A stretch of DNA of 64,000 bases from Planctomycetota bacterium (GTDB lineage Bacteria > Planctomycetota > PLA2 > JAEUHO01): positions 25,337 to 89,336 of the forward strand of contig JBFWRP010000018.1 in NCBI GenBank assembly GCA_050248855.1, read 5' to 3'. Positions 47,732 to 57,607 of this stretch are shown here, in pieces (the first letter of the stretch is position 1; every line of letters begins with the position of its first letter). The notes under the pieces are model-generated. The model saw only the letters and a list, made by a program, of their open reading frames with translations. It was not told the DNA's origin and did no database searches. The translations under genes were made by a program, and so were the position numbers.

Positions 47732-50700
47732 ATGAGTGCGGATGGTGTTGCCGGGGAGACCCTGGCGCGGCGGGCCCTGCTGATGTTCGAGGCCCTGGTG
47801 GCGCTCGCGCCCGAAGCGCGCGCCGCGTGGTTGGCCGCCGCCTGCAGCGGCGACACCGACCTGCAACGCGCCGTCGAGCGCATGATCCAGGCCGACACCA
47901 CGCCCAGCTTCCTCGACCCTCCAAGCGACACGCAGTCCGACCTGCCGCGCGAGCTGGGGCCCTACCGGTTGCTGCGCACGCTGGGGGCGGGCGGCATGGG
48001 CACGGTGCATCTCGCCGAGACGATCCGCCCGGTGCGCACACTGCCGGCCGGCAGCCAGGTGGCGATCAAGGTCCTGCACCCGCATCTGCTCGAGGCCGAG
48101 GGCTTTTTCAAGCGCTTCCTGCGCGAGGCCGAGGCGGGCATGCGCATCGAGCACGAGAACGTGGTCAGGACCCTGGACTGCGACGCCATCGTGCAAGGCG
48201 GCCGCCCCCACCACTTCCTGGTCATGGAGTACGTCGAAGGCAGGACGCTCTTGGACCTGGTGCGCGAGCTGGGGCGGGTGCCCGAGGAGCTGTGCCGTCA
48301 CGTCGGCCTGAAAGTCGCCGCCGGCCTCGTCTGCATCCACGAGGCCGGCATCCTGCACCGGGATCTCAAGCCCGAGAACCTGCTCATCACGGGCGATCAC
48401 GTGGTGAAGATCATGGACCTGGGCATCGCGCGCCTGCACGACGAGGCGGCTCGCCTGTCGGTGGCCGGGCAGTTCGTCGGCACGCTGGCGTACGCGGCTC
48501 CCGAGCACGTCCAGGGCGACGATGCCGACATCGACGGCCGGGCCGACCTGTACGCGCTCGGGGCCACGCTGTACCACCTCCTCTCCGGACGCGTACCGCA
48601 CGAGGCGCGCAGCCCGGGCGAGCTCGTGCGACGTGTGCTGGACCACGAACCGCCCCCGCTCGACCGGATCGATCCCCCGCCCTCCCCGTTCTTGCGGACG
48701 CTTGTCCACACGTTGCTGGCCAAGCGTCCGGGGGAACGCCTCGACTCGGCGGCCGACCTGCATGAGGTCTTGGCGCGCGGCGAGGCCTCGACGTGGTGGA
48801 CGGACCGCCAGCGCGAGCTGCAGGAGCGGACGGCGCGGGCCCCGCGACGTCTCCCGGTGGATCGCACGGCTGCCGTGTTCGGGCGCGATCCCCAGCTGGC
48901 CGCCCTGCGCGCACATTTCGAAGACGTGAAGCAGGGTGCGGGACGGGTTGTGCTCGTGGAGGGCGAGGCCGGGGTCGGGAAGTCTCGCCTCGTGGACGAG
49001 CTGGTGGCCCGCCTCCACGCGGACGGCGAGGAGGTGACCTTCCTGTTCGGCACCTACCCGCAGGGGGGCGCCGTATCCGCCTGGGCTGGCTTCGCGGCCG
49101 CGTTTCGCGAGCACCTGGGCGGCGTGGATCTGCCCGCGCGCGTGGGAGGCCATCTCGGGTCGGCCCAGGCCCTCGCATCTGCGTTCGCCGCCTTGCTCCT
49201 GGACGAAGGCGTGCCCGTGGGAACGGAGCAACAGCTGACCGAGGAGGTCCTGCAGACACTGTTCGTGCGACTGACGCGCAGCCTCGCCGCCGGCACGCCC
49301 ACCATCCTCTTGATCGATGATCTCGAGGCGGCGCCCGAGGCGGGGCGCGGCCTGTTCAGCGCCCTCGCACGTGCCCTGGTGTCGAGTCGGGTCCTGCTCG
49401 TCGGCACGCTCGGTGATGGCGCGTGCGACGGCTGGGCGAGCGAGCTGGCGCGCGCGGACCACGTCGAGCGCATGCCGCTGGGTCGCTTGGGCCCCAAAGA
49501 CCTGTTCGCGCTGCTGCAGGACACCTTCCGCTCGGAGGCGCTCGCCCGCGACCTCGGCATGGCCATCGCCTTGAAGTCGGACGGCAACCCGTACTTCGCC
49601 CTCGAGATCATCCGTGGCTTGGAGGAGGCCGGCCACGTCGACCTGGGTCCGGACGGCAGGTGGCGGGCTCGCCACACCATCGATCGCATCGAGATGCCGT
49701 CGTCGATCCTCGGCCTGATCGAGGGTCGCTTGGCCGACGTGGACCACGAGGACCGCGTGCTCCTGGACCAGGCCGCGTGTCTGGGCGCCAGCTTCGACCC
49801 TGCCCTGCTCGCGGCGGTTCGTGGCGAGCACCGCATCCAGGTCCTGCAGGCGTGCGCGCGCATCGAGCGCAGCCATCGTCTCCTGCGGGCCGAAGGGCGA
49901 GGCTACGCCTTCGATCACCCCCAGATCCGCGATGTACTCGACGCCCACCTGCACGAACAGCTGCGCGAGGCGTACCACGCCGGCATTGCCGAGGCGCTGG
50001 CAGCGCGCGCGCCCCTGGATGCTGCAGGCGTGGTGGCGCTGTGCGAGCACGCAGCAGCGGGCGCGGTGCCCGAGCTGGGACGCACCCACCTGGGACTGGC
50101 GCTCGAGCGTCTCGAGAGCACGTACGAGCCCACGCGTGCCGCCCAGCTGGCTCGTGCGTACCTCGAGGCGAACGGACTGCTCGAGGGGGCCGAGCGGGCC
50201 GAGATCCTCCTGCGCCAGGCCGCCGCTCTCGCGCCGGCCGGTGATGCCGCCTCGCAAGAGGCGGTCCTGCGGGAGGCGGTGGCGCGGGCTGCTGACGCTG
50301 CGCCGCCCGCCCTGCACGGGAAGGCGTTGCTCGCGCTGGGGCGCTTCCTGCACCAAACAGCTCGCTACGACGAGGCACGCGAAACGTACGACCAGGCTCG
50401 CACTTTGGCCAAGGGCAGTGGGCTTCTCGGCGTCCATGTCGACGCGACACTAGGCGCCAGCACGGTGCTCCAAGCGCATGGCTCGTATGCCGAGGCCGAG
50501 ACGCTGGCGGACGCCTGCCTCACGCTCTCCGAGGAGCTCGGCGATGCCCGCCGCGAGCTGCCGGCGAGGCTCCAGCTGGCCAGTCTGCTCATCCAGCGCG
50601 GCGAGACGGATGCCGCCGAGGCCCATGCGCAGCGCGGGTTGGAGCTGGCCCTCGACCAAGACGATCTCCTGCGAGCGTCGACGGCGCGGACCCTGCTCGG

Positions 50701-51565
50701 CAACCTTGCCCTGCACGCCGGGCGCTTCGAGGACGCGATTGCCCAGCACGAGCAGGTGCTCGACGCCGCACGCCGGATGGGGAGCCGACGTAGCGAGCTC
50801 ACCTGCCGCACGAATCTCGCGAATGCCCTGGTCGCCCGCGGGGAGATCCGAGCAGCCCTCGACATCCGCGGCCCGCAGCTGCAGCTGGCGCGCGAGCTGG
50901 GCATGCCTCGCAGCGAGGCCATCGTCTGGGTCAACCTCGCTTCCCTGCTACTGACGTTGGGCGATCTGGAGCAAGCCCTCGAAGCCGCCGAACGCTGCAT
51001 CGAGATCACGCGCGAGCTGGGCCTCCGACGCATCGAGAGCTATGGACTGCACCAACGCGCGGGGGTCCTGAGGTTCCTCGGTCGGTACGACGAGGCGGAC
51101 ACGGGCTACGCGGAGGCCCTCGCCGTGCGGGACGAGCTGGGGTATCGCCGCGGCGTGGTCTCCACGCTCATGGCTCGCGGGGAGATGCGCGCCGAGCTCG
51201 GCCACCGCCACGAGGCGCGGGAGGACCTCGCTCGCGCCGCGCGCGAGCTGGACGACCTCGACCTCCGGCCCAACGCAGTCTTCATCCAGTGCGTCCGCGC
51301 GTACCTGGGCGATGCCGATGCGAAGGAGGCCGCGCTCGATCTCGCGAATGCCGGCGCTGCACTACGCATCGAGTACCAGCGCACTGCCTACTGGTACCTC
51401 TGGCTGGCCACGAGTGACGTCGCGCACCTCAAGCGATCGCACGATCTCTTCCACCACCAGCTCTCGCGCGTGCCGGAGGCGTATCACGAGAGCATGCGGT
51501 CACACTTGGCCGACAACGTGGCGCTGCTCGAGGCCTGGGCCCGGCACGGCGCCGCCGGCTCCTGA
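47732..51565 (+). CDS. Ser/Thr kinase - P-loop (STAND-like) ATPase - TPR protein
   Basis: GAGGMG, VAIK, HRDLKPEN, DLG, APE; GEAGVGKS, LLIDD, GNPYF; C-terminal helical repeats; no obvious TM. Confidence 0.9.
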   Translation: MSADGVAGETLARRALLMFEALVALAPEARAAWLAAACSGDTDLQRAVERMIQADTTPSFLDPPSDTQSDLPRELGPYRLLRTLGAGGMGTVHLAETIRPVRTLPAGSQVAIKVLHPHLLEAEGFFKRFLREAEAGMRIEHENVVRTLDCDAIVQGGRPHHFLVMEYVEGRTLLDLVRELGRVPEELCRHVGLKVAAGLVCIHEAGILHRDLKPENLLITGDHVVKIMDLGIARLHDEAARLSVAGQFVGTLAYAAPEHVQGDDADIDGRADLYALGATLYHLLSGRVPHEARSPGELVRRVLDHEPPPLDRIDPPPSPFLRTLVHTLLAKRPGERLDSAADLHEVLARGEASTWWTDRQRELQERTARAPRRLPVDRTAAVFGRDPQLAALRAHFEDVKQGAGRVVLVEGEAGVGKSRLVDELVARLHADGEEVTFLFGTYPQGGAVSAWAGFAAAFREHLGGVDLPARVGGHLGSAQALASAFAALLLDEGVPVGTEQQLTEEVLQTLFVRLTRSLAAGTPTILLIDDLEAAPEAGRGLFSALARALVSSRVLLVGTLGDGACDGWASELARADHVERMPLGRLGPKDLFALLQDTFRSEALARDLGMAIALKSDGNPYFALEIIRGLEEAGHVDLGPDGRWRARHTIDRIEMPSSILGLIEGRLADVDHEDRVLLDQAACLGASFDPALLAAVRGEHRIQVLQACARIERSHRLLRAEGRGYAFDHPQIRDVLDAHLHEQLREAYHAGIAEALAARAPLDAAGVVALCEHAAAGAVPELGRTHLGLALERLESTYEPTRAAQLARAYLEANGLLEGAERAEILLRQAAALAPAGDAASQEAVLREAVARAADAAPPALHGKALLALGRFLHQTARYDEARETYDQARTLAKGSGLLGVHVDATLGASTVLQAHGSYAEAETLADACLTLSEELGDARRELPARLQLASLLIQRGETDAAEAHAQRGLELALDQDDLLRASTARTLLGNLALHAGRFEDAIAQHEQVLDAARRMGSRRSELTCRTNLANALVARGEIRAALDIRGPQLQLARELGMPRSEAIVWVNLASLLLTLGDLEQALEAAERCIEITRELGLRRIESYGLHQRAGVLRFLGRYDEADTGYAEALAVRDELGYRRGVVSTLMARGEMRAELGHRHEAREDLARAARELDDLDLRPNAVFIQCVRAYLGDADAKEAALDLANAGAALRIEYQRTAYWYLWLATSDVAHLKRSHDLFHHQLSRVPEAYHESMRSHLADNVALLEAWARHGAAGS

Positions 51566-51572
51566 CGAAGAA

Positions 51573-51603
51573 GCAAGGGCCCCGCTTCGCGCGGGGCCCT
51601 TGC
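51573..51603. terminator. Intrinsic terminator hairpin between convergent genes
   Basis: 13-bp stem GCAAGGGCCCCGC-TTCGC-GCGGGGCCCTTGC; TTCTT tail on the minus strand. Confidence 0.8.
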
Positions 51604-51635
51604 AGGGTGTCAGGACGTGTGGCGTCGCTTGTCGC

Positions 51636-54179
51636 TTAGCGACCCCAACGCAGCTTGTTGCGCACCGAGCGGATCACCCGGCGACCGACCAACACGGGCT
51701 GGCTGTTGGCGACGGCGTCCTTCACGTTCGCCAGGGTGGCGCCGTGCGCGTCCAGGAAGTCCTGGAGCATGCCGCGGGGCGTGAGGTTCACCGACAGGCT
51801 GCGGGTCACCGCGGCGATGCGCACCTCGCCTTCGATCCGGAGCCTGGCCAGCCCGGGAAGCAGCGCCATGTCGACAATCGCGTCAGTCCAGGTGATCGGA
51901 CCCAGGCTGTAGCCTCGCACCGCGCCGAGCAGGCTGATGCCGTCCGGGCTGACGTCCGCGTCGATTGCCGCCACGTTGGCCATGGTGCCGCCCGAGGTCT
52001 CGATCCAGAGCGCGCCGGCCAAGCCCAGCCCCGCCTCCACGCCCAGGTCCGCGTCGGCCTTCGGCGCGAAACGCAGGTACATGTTGCGGATCTCGACGTT
52101 GGGCAGGCTGCGGATCGGGAGCTTGGCCGTGCGGCCGCGACTGCGGGCGATGGCCTCCTGGAGGAGGGCCAGATCGTCGAGCGCAAGCTTCTCGGCCGCG
52201 CCCTCGAGGACGAAGTTGCTGGGAACACCCGAGTAGACGTTGATGGCGATCAGCGCGGCCACGTCGATCGTGCGTGTGCCCACGACCATGTCGGCGCGGA
52301 AGCCCAGCGACAGGTTGCCGTTCACATTGATGGCGAGCTTCAGGATCACCTCGTTCAGCGTGAGCCAGCCGATGCCGAACGGGGACTGCCAGGGCTGACC
52401 GCCCGCGATGCCACCGACCAGGGCGAGACTGACGCCGGCGCCGTCACGGGCCAGCGAGCCCTCGAGGAAGAACTCGACCTCGTCGCCGCTCAAGTCGAGC
52501 GTCAACGCACCACCCAAAGTGATCGACGGCGCACCGGTGACCTCGATGTAGAGCTCGCCGCGCACCAGCCAGGCCGGAGCGTGCTCGGGCGAGATCGGGG
52601 GCAGCGTGGCGCGCAGGGCCATGTCGGCGAGGCGCGGGAAGCCGCCGAAGTCCAGCCCCAGGCCAAGGCCCGGGCTGCCCTCCAGGATGATGTAGGGGGC
52701 GCCACTCGTGCTCGCCTCGCTCACGATGCCGAGCGCCGTCATGATCGCCTCGGGCAGGATGGCCACGGGCAGCGGCCCCGTGACGTTCATGCCCTCCCGG
52801 AAGCTCAGCGTGTAGCTCTTCTCGTGCTCCATGCCGAAGGGGACAGCGACCTCGTCGTAGAACGCCGCTTCCGCCGGGTTGAGGTCCGTCGAGCGGATGC
52901 TCAGCTTTCCCCAGGTGTACGTGAACGCGACGGCCGGGAAGCGCAGCTCGCCGACGAGCGAGCCCTCGAGCTCCGGCGCCACCTCCTGCAGATGGATGTC
53001 GGAGAGGCGGAAGGCGACCATCGGAACCCACTTCGACTCGATGCGACGCAGCGAGACGAGGCCGAAGGCCTCCAAGCGGCCGTCGAGCAGGTCGATGCTG
53101 CCGAACAGGCTCGCGCCCTTGACCGGGTTGGTGCCCGAGACCAGGGCTCGCGCATCGAGCTCGAGCGCGACCAGGACCTCGCGCAGCGCGAAGGGCCGGT
53201 TGCTGCGCAGCTGGTCGAACGGCCCTTCGATGCCCATGCGGTCCGCGAGGGCGCGCATGGCGTCCAGATCGAGCTCGTCCACGAGCATCGCAATCGAGAG
53301 ATCGACGTCGGTCTTGGGCTTGGCCTTGGTCTCGGGGGTCGAGGCGGGGGCGTCCGTGACGGACTCGGGCTCGCTGTCGTCCGTGTCATCGAGACCGGCG
53401 TGCGACGAGGTGGCGTTCGTCGCCGGCGGCTCGGGCGAGTCCTCGTACGGGTCGTCGAGGCCCGCGTGGGACGTCGTCGTATTGGTCACGCCGACGGCCT
53501 CCGCTTCACGCTTCGCCTTGCGCTTGGCACGCAGCTTCTTGACCTGCCCCATCAGGCTGGCCTTGACATCGACGTCCCGGCTCAGCGAGACGGCCACCGT
53601 CACGCGCGTCTCATGGACGTACATCGTGGCGGCCAACCCCACGGCCATCTCGGCACTGTCCTTCGTGATGAAAGTGCCACCACGCGGGTCGCTCATCAGG
53701 GTGCTGATCGTCGGGTTGATGTCCGACGTGCGCTGTCCCTTGGTGAAGGCGAAGACCAGGTTCACGTCCTCGAGCGTCAGCCAGTCGATGCCGAAGGGCC
53801 TGTCCCACAGGCCGTCGCCGCCGCCGTCCAGGGCGACGACGAGCGCCACGCTGCTGGCCTTGCGGTCCAGATCACTGCGGGCGACGAAGTCCTCGCGGTT
53901 CTGCTCGAGAATGTCCTGCGCGCGCTCGCGGAGCGCACCTGCGCCGAGTCCGTGGAAGAGGTCGCCGGGCCGACCCGGCAGGCGGGCACCGAGAACGACC
54001 GTGTGCGCGGGCTCCAAGCCCATGAGCGTGAGCACGCGATCGGAGACGAGGGAATGGACCTCTTCGTCGTCCTCGGCGTGGGCGGTGCGCACACCGACCG
54101 AGCCCAGGAGGAGGCTGACGACGAGGCCCAGCGCCAGCAGGGCGCGACGGGTCAGGAGGGTGGTGGGGAGGGGGTTCAT
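51636..54179 (-). CDS. Secreted beta-strand-rich hypothetical protein (847 aa)
   Basis: GGAG RBS; signal TRRALLALGL...AHA-ED; internal repeat WxxPFGIxWLTL twice; acidic linker. Confidence 0.75.
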   Translation of the reverse strand: MNPLPTTLLTRRALLALGLVVSLLLGSVGVRTAHAEDDEEVHSLVSDRVLTLMGLEPAHTVVLGARLPGRPGDLFHGLGAGALRERAQDILEQNREDFVARSDLDRKASSVALVVALDGGGDGLWDRPFGIDWLTLEDVNLVFAFTKGQRTSDINPTISTLMSDPRGGTFITKDSAEMAVGLAATMYVHETRVTVAVSLSRDVDVKASLMGQVKKLRAKRKAKREAEAVGVTNTTTSHAGLDDPYEDSPEPPATNATSSHAGLDDTDDSEPESVTDAPASTPETKAKPKTDVDLSIAMLVDELDLDAMRALADRMGIEGPFDQLRSNRPFALREVLVALELDARALVSGTNPVKGASLFGSIDLLDGRLEAFGLVSLRRIESKWVPMVAFRLSDIHLQEVAPELEGSLVGELRFPAVAFTYTWGKLSIRSTDLNPAEAAFYDEVAVPFGMEHEKSYTLSFREGMNVTGPLPVAILPEAIMTALGIVSEASTSGAPYIILEGSPGLGLGLDFGGFPRLADMALRATLPPISPEHAPAWLVRGELYIEVTGAPSITLGGALTLDLSGDEVEFFLEGSLARDGAGVSLALVGGIAGGQPWQSPFGIGWLTLNEVILKLAINVNGNLSLGFRADMVVGTRTIDVAALIAINVYSGVPSNFVLEGAAEKLALDDLALLQEAIARSRGRTAKLPIRSLPNVEIRNMYLRFAPKADADLGVEAGLGLAGALWIETSGGTMANVAAIDADVSPDGISLLGAVRGYSLGPITWTDAIVDMALLPGLARLRIEGEVRIAAVTRSLSVNLTPRGMLQDFLDAHGATLANVKDAVANSQPVLVGRRVIRSVRNKLRWGR

Positions 54180-54328
54180 GGGAGGCTCCAGGCGGCGCCC
54201 ACGACGAGCGCCCTCACCCCCACCCACGCCGTCCGTCCGCGCGACCATCAAGATTCTCGAGATGCCTGATATCCGGGCTCCGCTGGCCCCCGTCCGCTCC
54301 ACGGGTCCGGACGCGTACAGTCGGCTCC

Positions 54329-54907
54329 GTGGACGACGCCGCGCTGCCCCCGCCGGACGTGACCGCCTTCCTGGAGGACTTGGCCGCAGGGCGCGCCGAG
54401 GGCGACGTCGTGCGCCTCCAACACGTCTTGCAGGAGCTGCGGGTCATTGCAGCAGCCCACATGCGGCGTCAGGGCGCCGGCCACACGCTCCAGCCCACGG
54501 CCCTCGTGAATGCCGCCTACCTCAAGCTGTTCCGAGGCGCGCCCAAGGCGTGGAAGGATCGTCGCCACTTCTTCACCGTGGCCTCCAAGGCGATGCGCCA
54601 GGTTCTGGTCGACCACGCTCGCAGCCGCATGCGCCAGAAGCGCGGCGGTGGTCGGCATGTAGGCACGCTCGTCGACATGCCGTCTCCGGGTGCGCCGACC
54701 GACGAGGACGTCGTCGGGCTCGATGCCGCGTTGGACGAGCTCGCCAGCTTCGATGCGCGCAAGGCCCAGGTCGTCGAGCTCAAGTACTTCGGTGGATTCG
54801 ACGTCGCGGGGATCGCGGACATGCTGGGTGCATCGACCGCGACGATCGAGCGCGAGTGGCGCGCAGCCCGCGCTTGGCTTGCCATGCGCCTGCGTCCAAC
54901 GGGATGA
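54329..54907 (+). CDS. ECF sigma factor, TIGR02999-like (kinase-associated type)
   Basis: DVTAFL...ELRVIA...HTLQPTALVNAAYLKL...MRQVLVDHAR...KRGG...VVELKYFGG...REWRAARAWL. Confidence 0.9.
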   Translation: MDDAALPPPDVTAFLEDLAAGRAEGDVVRLQHVLQELRVIAAAHMRRQGAGHTLQPTALVNAAYLKLFRGAPKAWKDRRHFFTVASKAMRQVLVDHARSRMRQKRGGGRHVGTLVDMPSPGAPTDEDVVGLDAALDELASFDARKAQVVELKYFGGFDVAGIADMLGASTATIEREWRAARAWLAMRLRPTG

Positions 54908-54913
54908 CGCAAG

Positions 54914-56200
54914 CTACCGCCATGCGATGTCGCTGAACCGGAGTGCGCAGTTCTCGAGGCACACGCCCATCTTGGTACCTGGCACGTCGTAGGTGCCCAG
55001 CACGGTGCCGTTGGCGGTCAAGGTGACGCCGCCCTCGCCGCGCGTGGCCTGCAGGCGCCAGGGACCTGACTCGCGAGCCGGCAAGGTCCCCGCGCCGAGC
55101 CGCTTCCAGGTCCCGGCCACGCGACGGTTCACCGCGTAGCCACCGCGATCGTCGAGCAGGGCCACCGTGTAGGACTCGTTGTCCTCGTAGGCCATCAGCA
55201 GGCCCCCCTTGAAGGGGCCCTCGGGGATCTCGAGGCTGGCGGCCACGTGGGTCACGTCTTCGCGTGCCCGGCATGCACTGGTGACACCGGCCACGCCCTC
55301 CACGCCATCCTTCGCCACACCGGCCCACTCATTCCAGATGGGCACGAACGGTTCCTGCTGCGTCGCGAGCCAGGCGCGCAGCTTGGGCAGCAGGCGCTGC
55401 GGCGGCCCGAAGAGCTTCGGGAACACGGACGCGGCTGCTTGGCCCGCGTCGAGCTTCCGTGCGAGCTGGCGGAACTTCTTGGCGTGGCGTCCGTCGTCCC
55501 CCGTCAGCAGGTAGCGCACCAACGCCCATTGCTCGGCGCGGGTCGAGGGGCGCCTCGAGGCGACCATCGCCGCCAGGTCGTAGTCGGCTTGCCCCATGGT
55601 CTCGAGGGCCTGGGCGGGGTAGTCGGCGAGCGAACAGAACGGCACGACGCCCAGCGTCAGCGTCTCGCCATCCCAGTAATGACGCGAGAGGTGCTCGACG
55701 AGCCCCTCCACGTACCACGCGTCCTTGGGCATCGTGTTGTGGGTCCGCGCCAGGAAGTGGAACTGGTGCATCGCCTCGTGCAGCAGCAGCTGGCGCGAGT
55801 TGTAGCGGGTGGGCTGCCGGAAGAGGTACACGCGCCGCGTAGCGGGCGAGTAGTAGCCCCCCGCGTCGCCCGGGGCGGCGACCCCGTCGTCTTCCATCCG
55901 GCGCACCCAGTCCGCCCGGTGGGCGAGGAAGCGGACGGAGAGTCGATCGTCTTTCCCGAGCGAAGGCTCCGCACCGAAGAACGCAACCAGCTGCGGCCAG
56001 AGGGCCTCGAGCACCTGGGAGTAGACGCGCGAGGTCGCCGCATCGATGTTCGTCTCGAGCGCGTAGTGCTCGGACGTGTAGGTCTCGACCCGCAGCGAGG
56101 AGCCTGCGGGCGCCGCCGGTTCCTCTGCCACGACGCGGCGTGCAACCGACAGGACGCAAGACACCAGTACGGCAAGGGCCAGGATCGGGAAGCGCGGCAT
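54914..56200 (-). CDS. Secreted gluzincin-like metallopeptidase domain protein
   Basis: Signal peptide; GGYY, HEAMH, WYVEGLVE. Confidence 0.7.
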   Translation of the reverse strand: MPRFPILALAVLVSCVLSVARRVVAEEPAAPAGSSLRVETYTSEHYALETNIDAATSRVYSQVLEALWPQLVAFFGAEPSLGKDDRLSVRFLAHRADWVRRMEDDGVAAPGDAGGYYSPATRRVYLFRQPTRYNSRQLLLHEAMHQFHFLARTHNTMPKDAWYVEGLVEHLSRHYWDGETLTLGVVPFCSLADYPAQALETMGQADYDLAAMVASRRPSTRAEQWALVRYLLTGDDGRHAKKFRQLARKLDAGQAAASVFPKLFGPPQRLLPKLRAWLATQQEPFVPIWNEWAGVAKDGVEGVAGVTSACRAREDVTHVAASLEIPEGPFKGGLLMAYEDNESYTVALLDDRGGYAVNRRVAGTWKRLGAGTLPARESGPWRLQATRGEGGVTLTANGTVLGTYDVPGTKMGVCLENCALRFSDIAWR

Positions 56201-56249
56201 CCGATCAGCCTAGCGGCGCGACCTGCAAGCCCCGCGCTCCCGCCGCGGG

Positions 56250-56597
56250 CTACCCGGCGACGCGGGGTGCCTGGAGAAGCAGCAACCCCAGGCCCAGCGA
56301 GGCACCGTTGGCCAGCACGGAGACGAGCAAGGCCAGGCGGGCGCCGAGCCCCAAGCCCAGCTTGTAGATGGCGGCCTCCACGAGCGTGATCACCAGCTCG
56401 GCCGCCAGCAGCGTGGCCATGTCGCGACGGGAGACGGGCGTCAAGCAGAGCAGGGGGTGCGTGACGAGGCTGGCGGCAGCCGCGACGAGGGTCACGCTCC
56501 CCCATCGCCTGCGTGCCTTGCCCGCCCACGCCAGGACGCCGAGGGCCAGGGGCACCTCGACCAGGAGCGTCAGGAAGAACGCCGTGGTCTGGGTCAT
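56250..56597 (-). CDS. Small 4-TM membrane protein
   Basis: LTLLVEVP, VTHP, AELVITLVEA, NGAS; ATGA overlap with the upstream gene. Confidence 0.75.
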   Translation of the reverse strand: MTQTTAFFLTLLVEVPLALGVLAWAGKARRRWGSVTLVAAAASLVTHPLLCLTPVSRRDMATLLAAELVITLVEAAIYKLGLGLGARLALLVSVLANGASLGLGLLLLQAPRVAG

Positions 56598-57607
56598 GCG
56601 CGGGCGGTACGGCTCCGGGCGAGCATCGGGGAGAGGGCAAGAAGGAGCAGCGGGATCTCGATCCAGGCGTGGACGGCCGCGACCAAGCCGTAGGCCGTGC
56701 GCGTGCCCCGGAAGTCCCGCACGAACGCCACGACCGCCACCAAGCCGACGGCGGCGATGAGCAGGCCAAGCACGCGGGCTCGCGGCCACGGCAGACGCGG
56801 CCGGTCCACGCCTCCTGCCGTCGGCCCGAGCAGACGCGGGAGCACCAGCAGGACGGCGCCGTAGTGCATCAGCTGGAGATACGTCACGGCCGTGAACAGC
56901 TGCGTGGCCCACGACGAGGCCAGGACCGGCTCGGGGACGAACACGCCGCGGTGTCGCGCGAGGGAACCGACCGAGCCGAACGTGACGTCGGGTGCGAAGA
57001 GCCCCAGCTTTGCAAGGAGCAGCGCCGGCCAGCCGGTGGCAAGAAGCAGGGGAACGCCCACGAAGAGGAGTGGCAGGCTCCAGGCCAGGCGGCGCTGCAT
57101 CGAGGTCCCTGCCGTTCGCTCGAGCAGGAAGCCGATCGGCGTGAGGTTGTGCACCACGGCGAGCAGCACGAGCGTGAGCAAGGGCGCCAGCCACGAGCCC
57201 AGCGCCAGGCTCGCGCCCACGGCGAAGGCCACCAGCGCGCGCAGCGGCGTCGACACCAAGTCGGGCAGGGCCACGAACGCCATCACCGCCACGACGCCCA
57301 GCTCGGCGACGTAGCTGTCCCGGGTGTCCAGGACACCCGTCAGGCCCAAGGCGCGCAGGCCCACGGCCAGCCCAAGCAGCCCGACGAGGGCGGCTACCTG
57401 CTGGCCCGGCAGCCGCCGGCCAAAGCGCCCGTCCACGTACCGCAGCTCGGCGAGCACGTGCGGCAGTCCGAACAGGGCCAGCGAGCCCGCGTAGGCCACC
57501 AGCGGCATGGCCGTGGCAGCAAGCGCTGCGAGCAGCGCGAACGCCGCCACGCTCGCGCCCCGCGGCAGCAGCCGGGGCTCGGTCGTGGACCTGACCTCAC
57601 TCCTCAT
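56594..57607 (-). CDS. Polytopic membrane protein with four His motifs
   Basis: FGLPHVLAELRY, VHNLTP, LQLMHY, VHAWIEIP; start position uncertain. Confidence 0.75.
   Translation of the reverse strand: MRSEVRSTTEPRLLPRGASVAAFALLAALAATAMPLVAYAGSLALFGLPHVLAELRYVDGRFGRRLPGQQVAALVGLLGLAVGLRALGLTGVLDTRDSYVAELGVVAVMAFVALPDLVSTPLRALVAFAVGASLALGSWLAPLLTLVLLAVVHNLTPIGFLLERTAGTSMQRRLAWSLPLLFVGVPLLLATGWPALLLAKLGLFAPDVTFGSVGSLARHRGVFVPEPVLASSWATQLFTAVTYLQLMHYGAVLLVLPRLLGPTAGGVDRPRLPWPRARVLGLLIAAVGLVAVVAFVRDFRGTRTAYGLVAAVHAWIEIPLLLLALSPMLARSRTARA

Noticed and set aside
33658..54269. Long antisense or alternate-frame ORFs (e.g. 33658-36807 minus, 47666-50437 minus, 51312-54269 plus)
   Set aside because: Shadow ORFs expected opposite real genes in high-GC DNA; no recognisable motifs.
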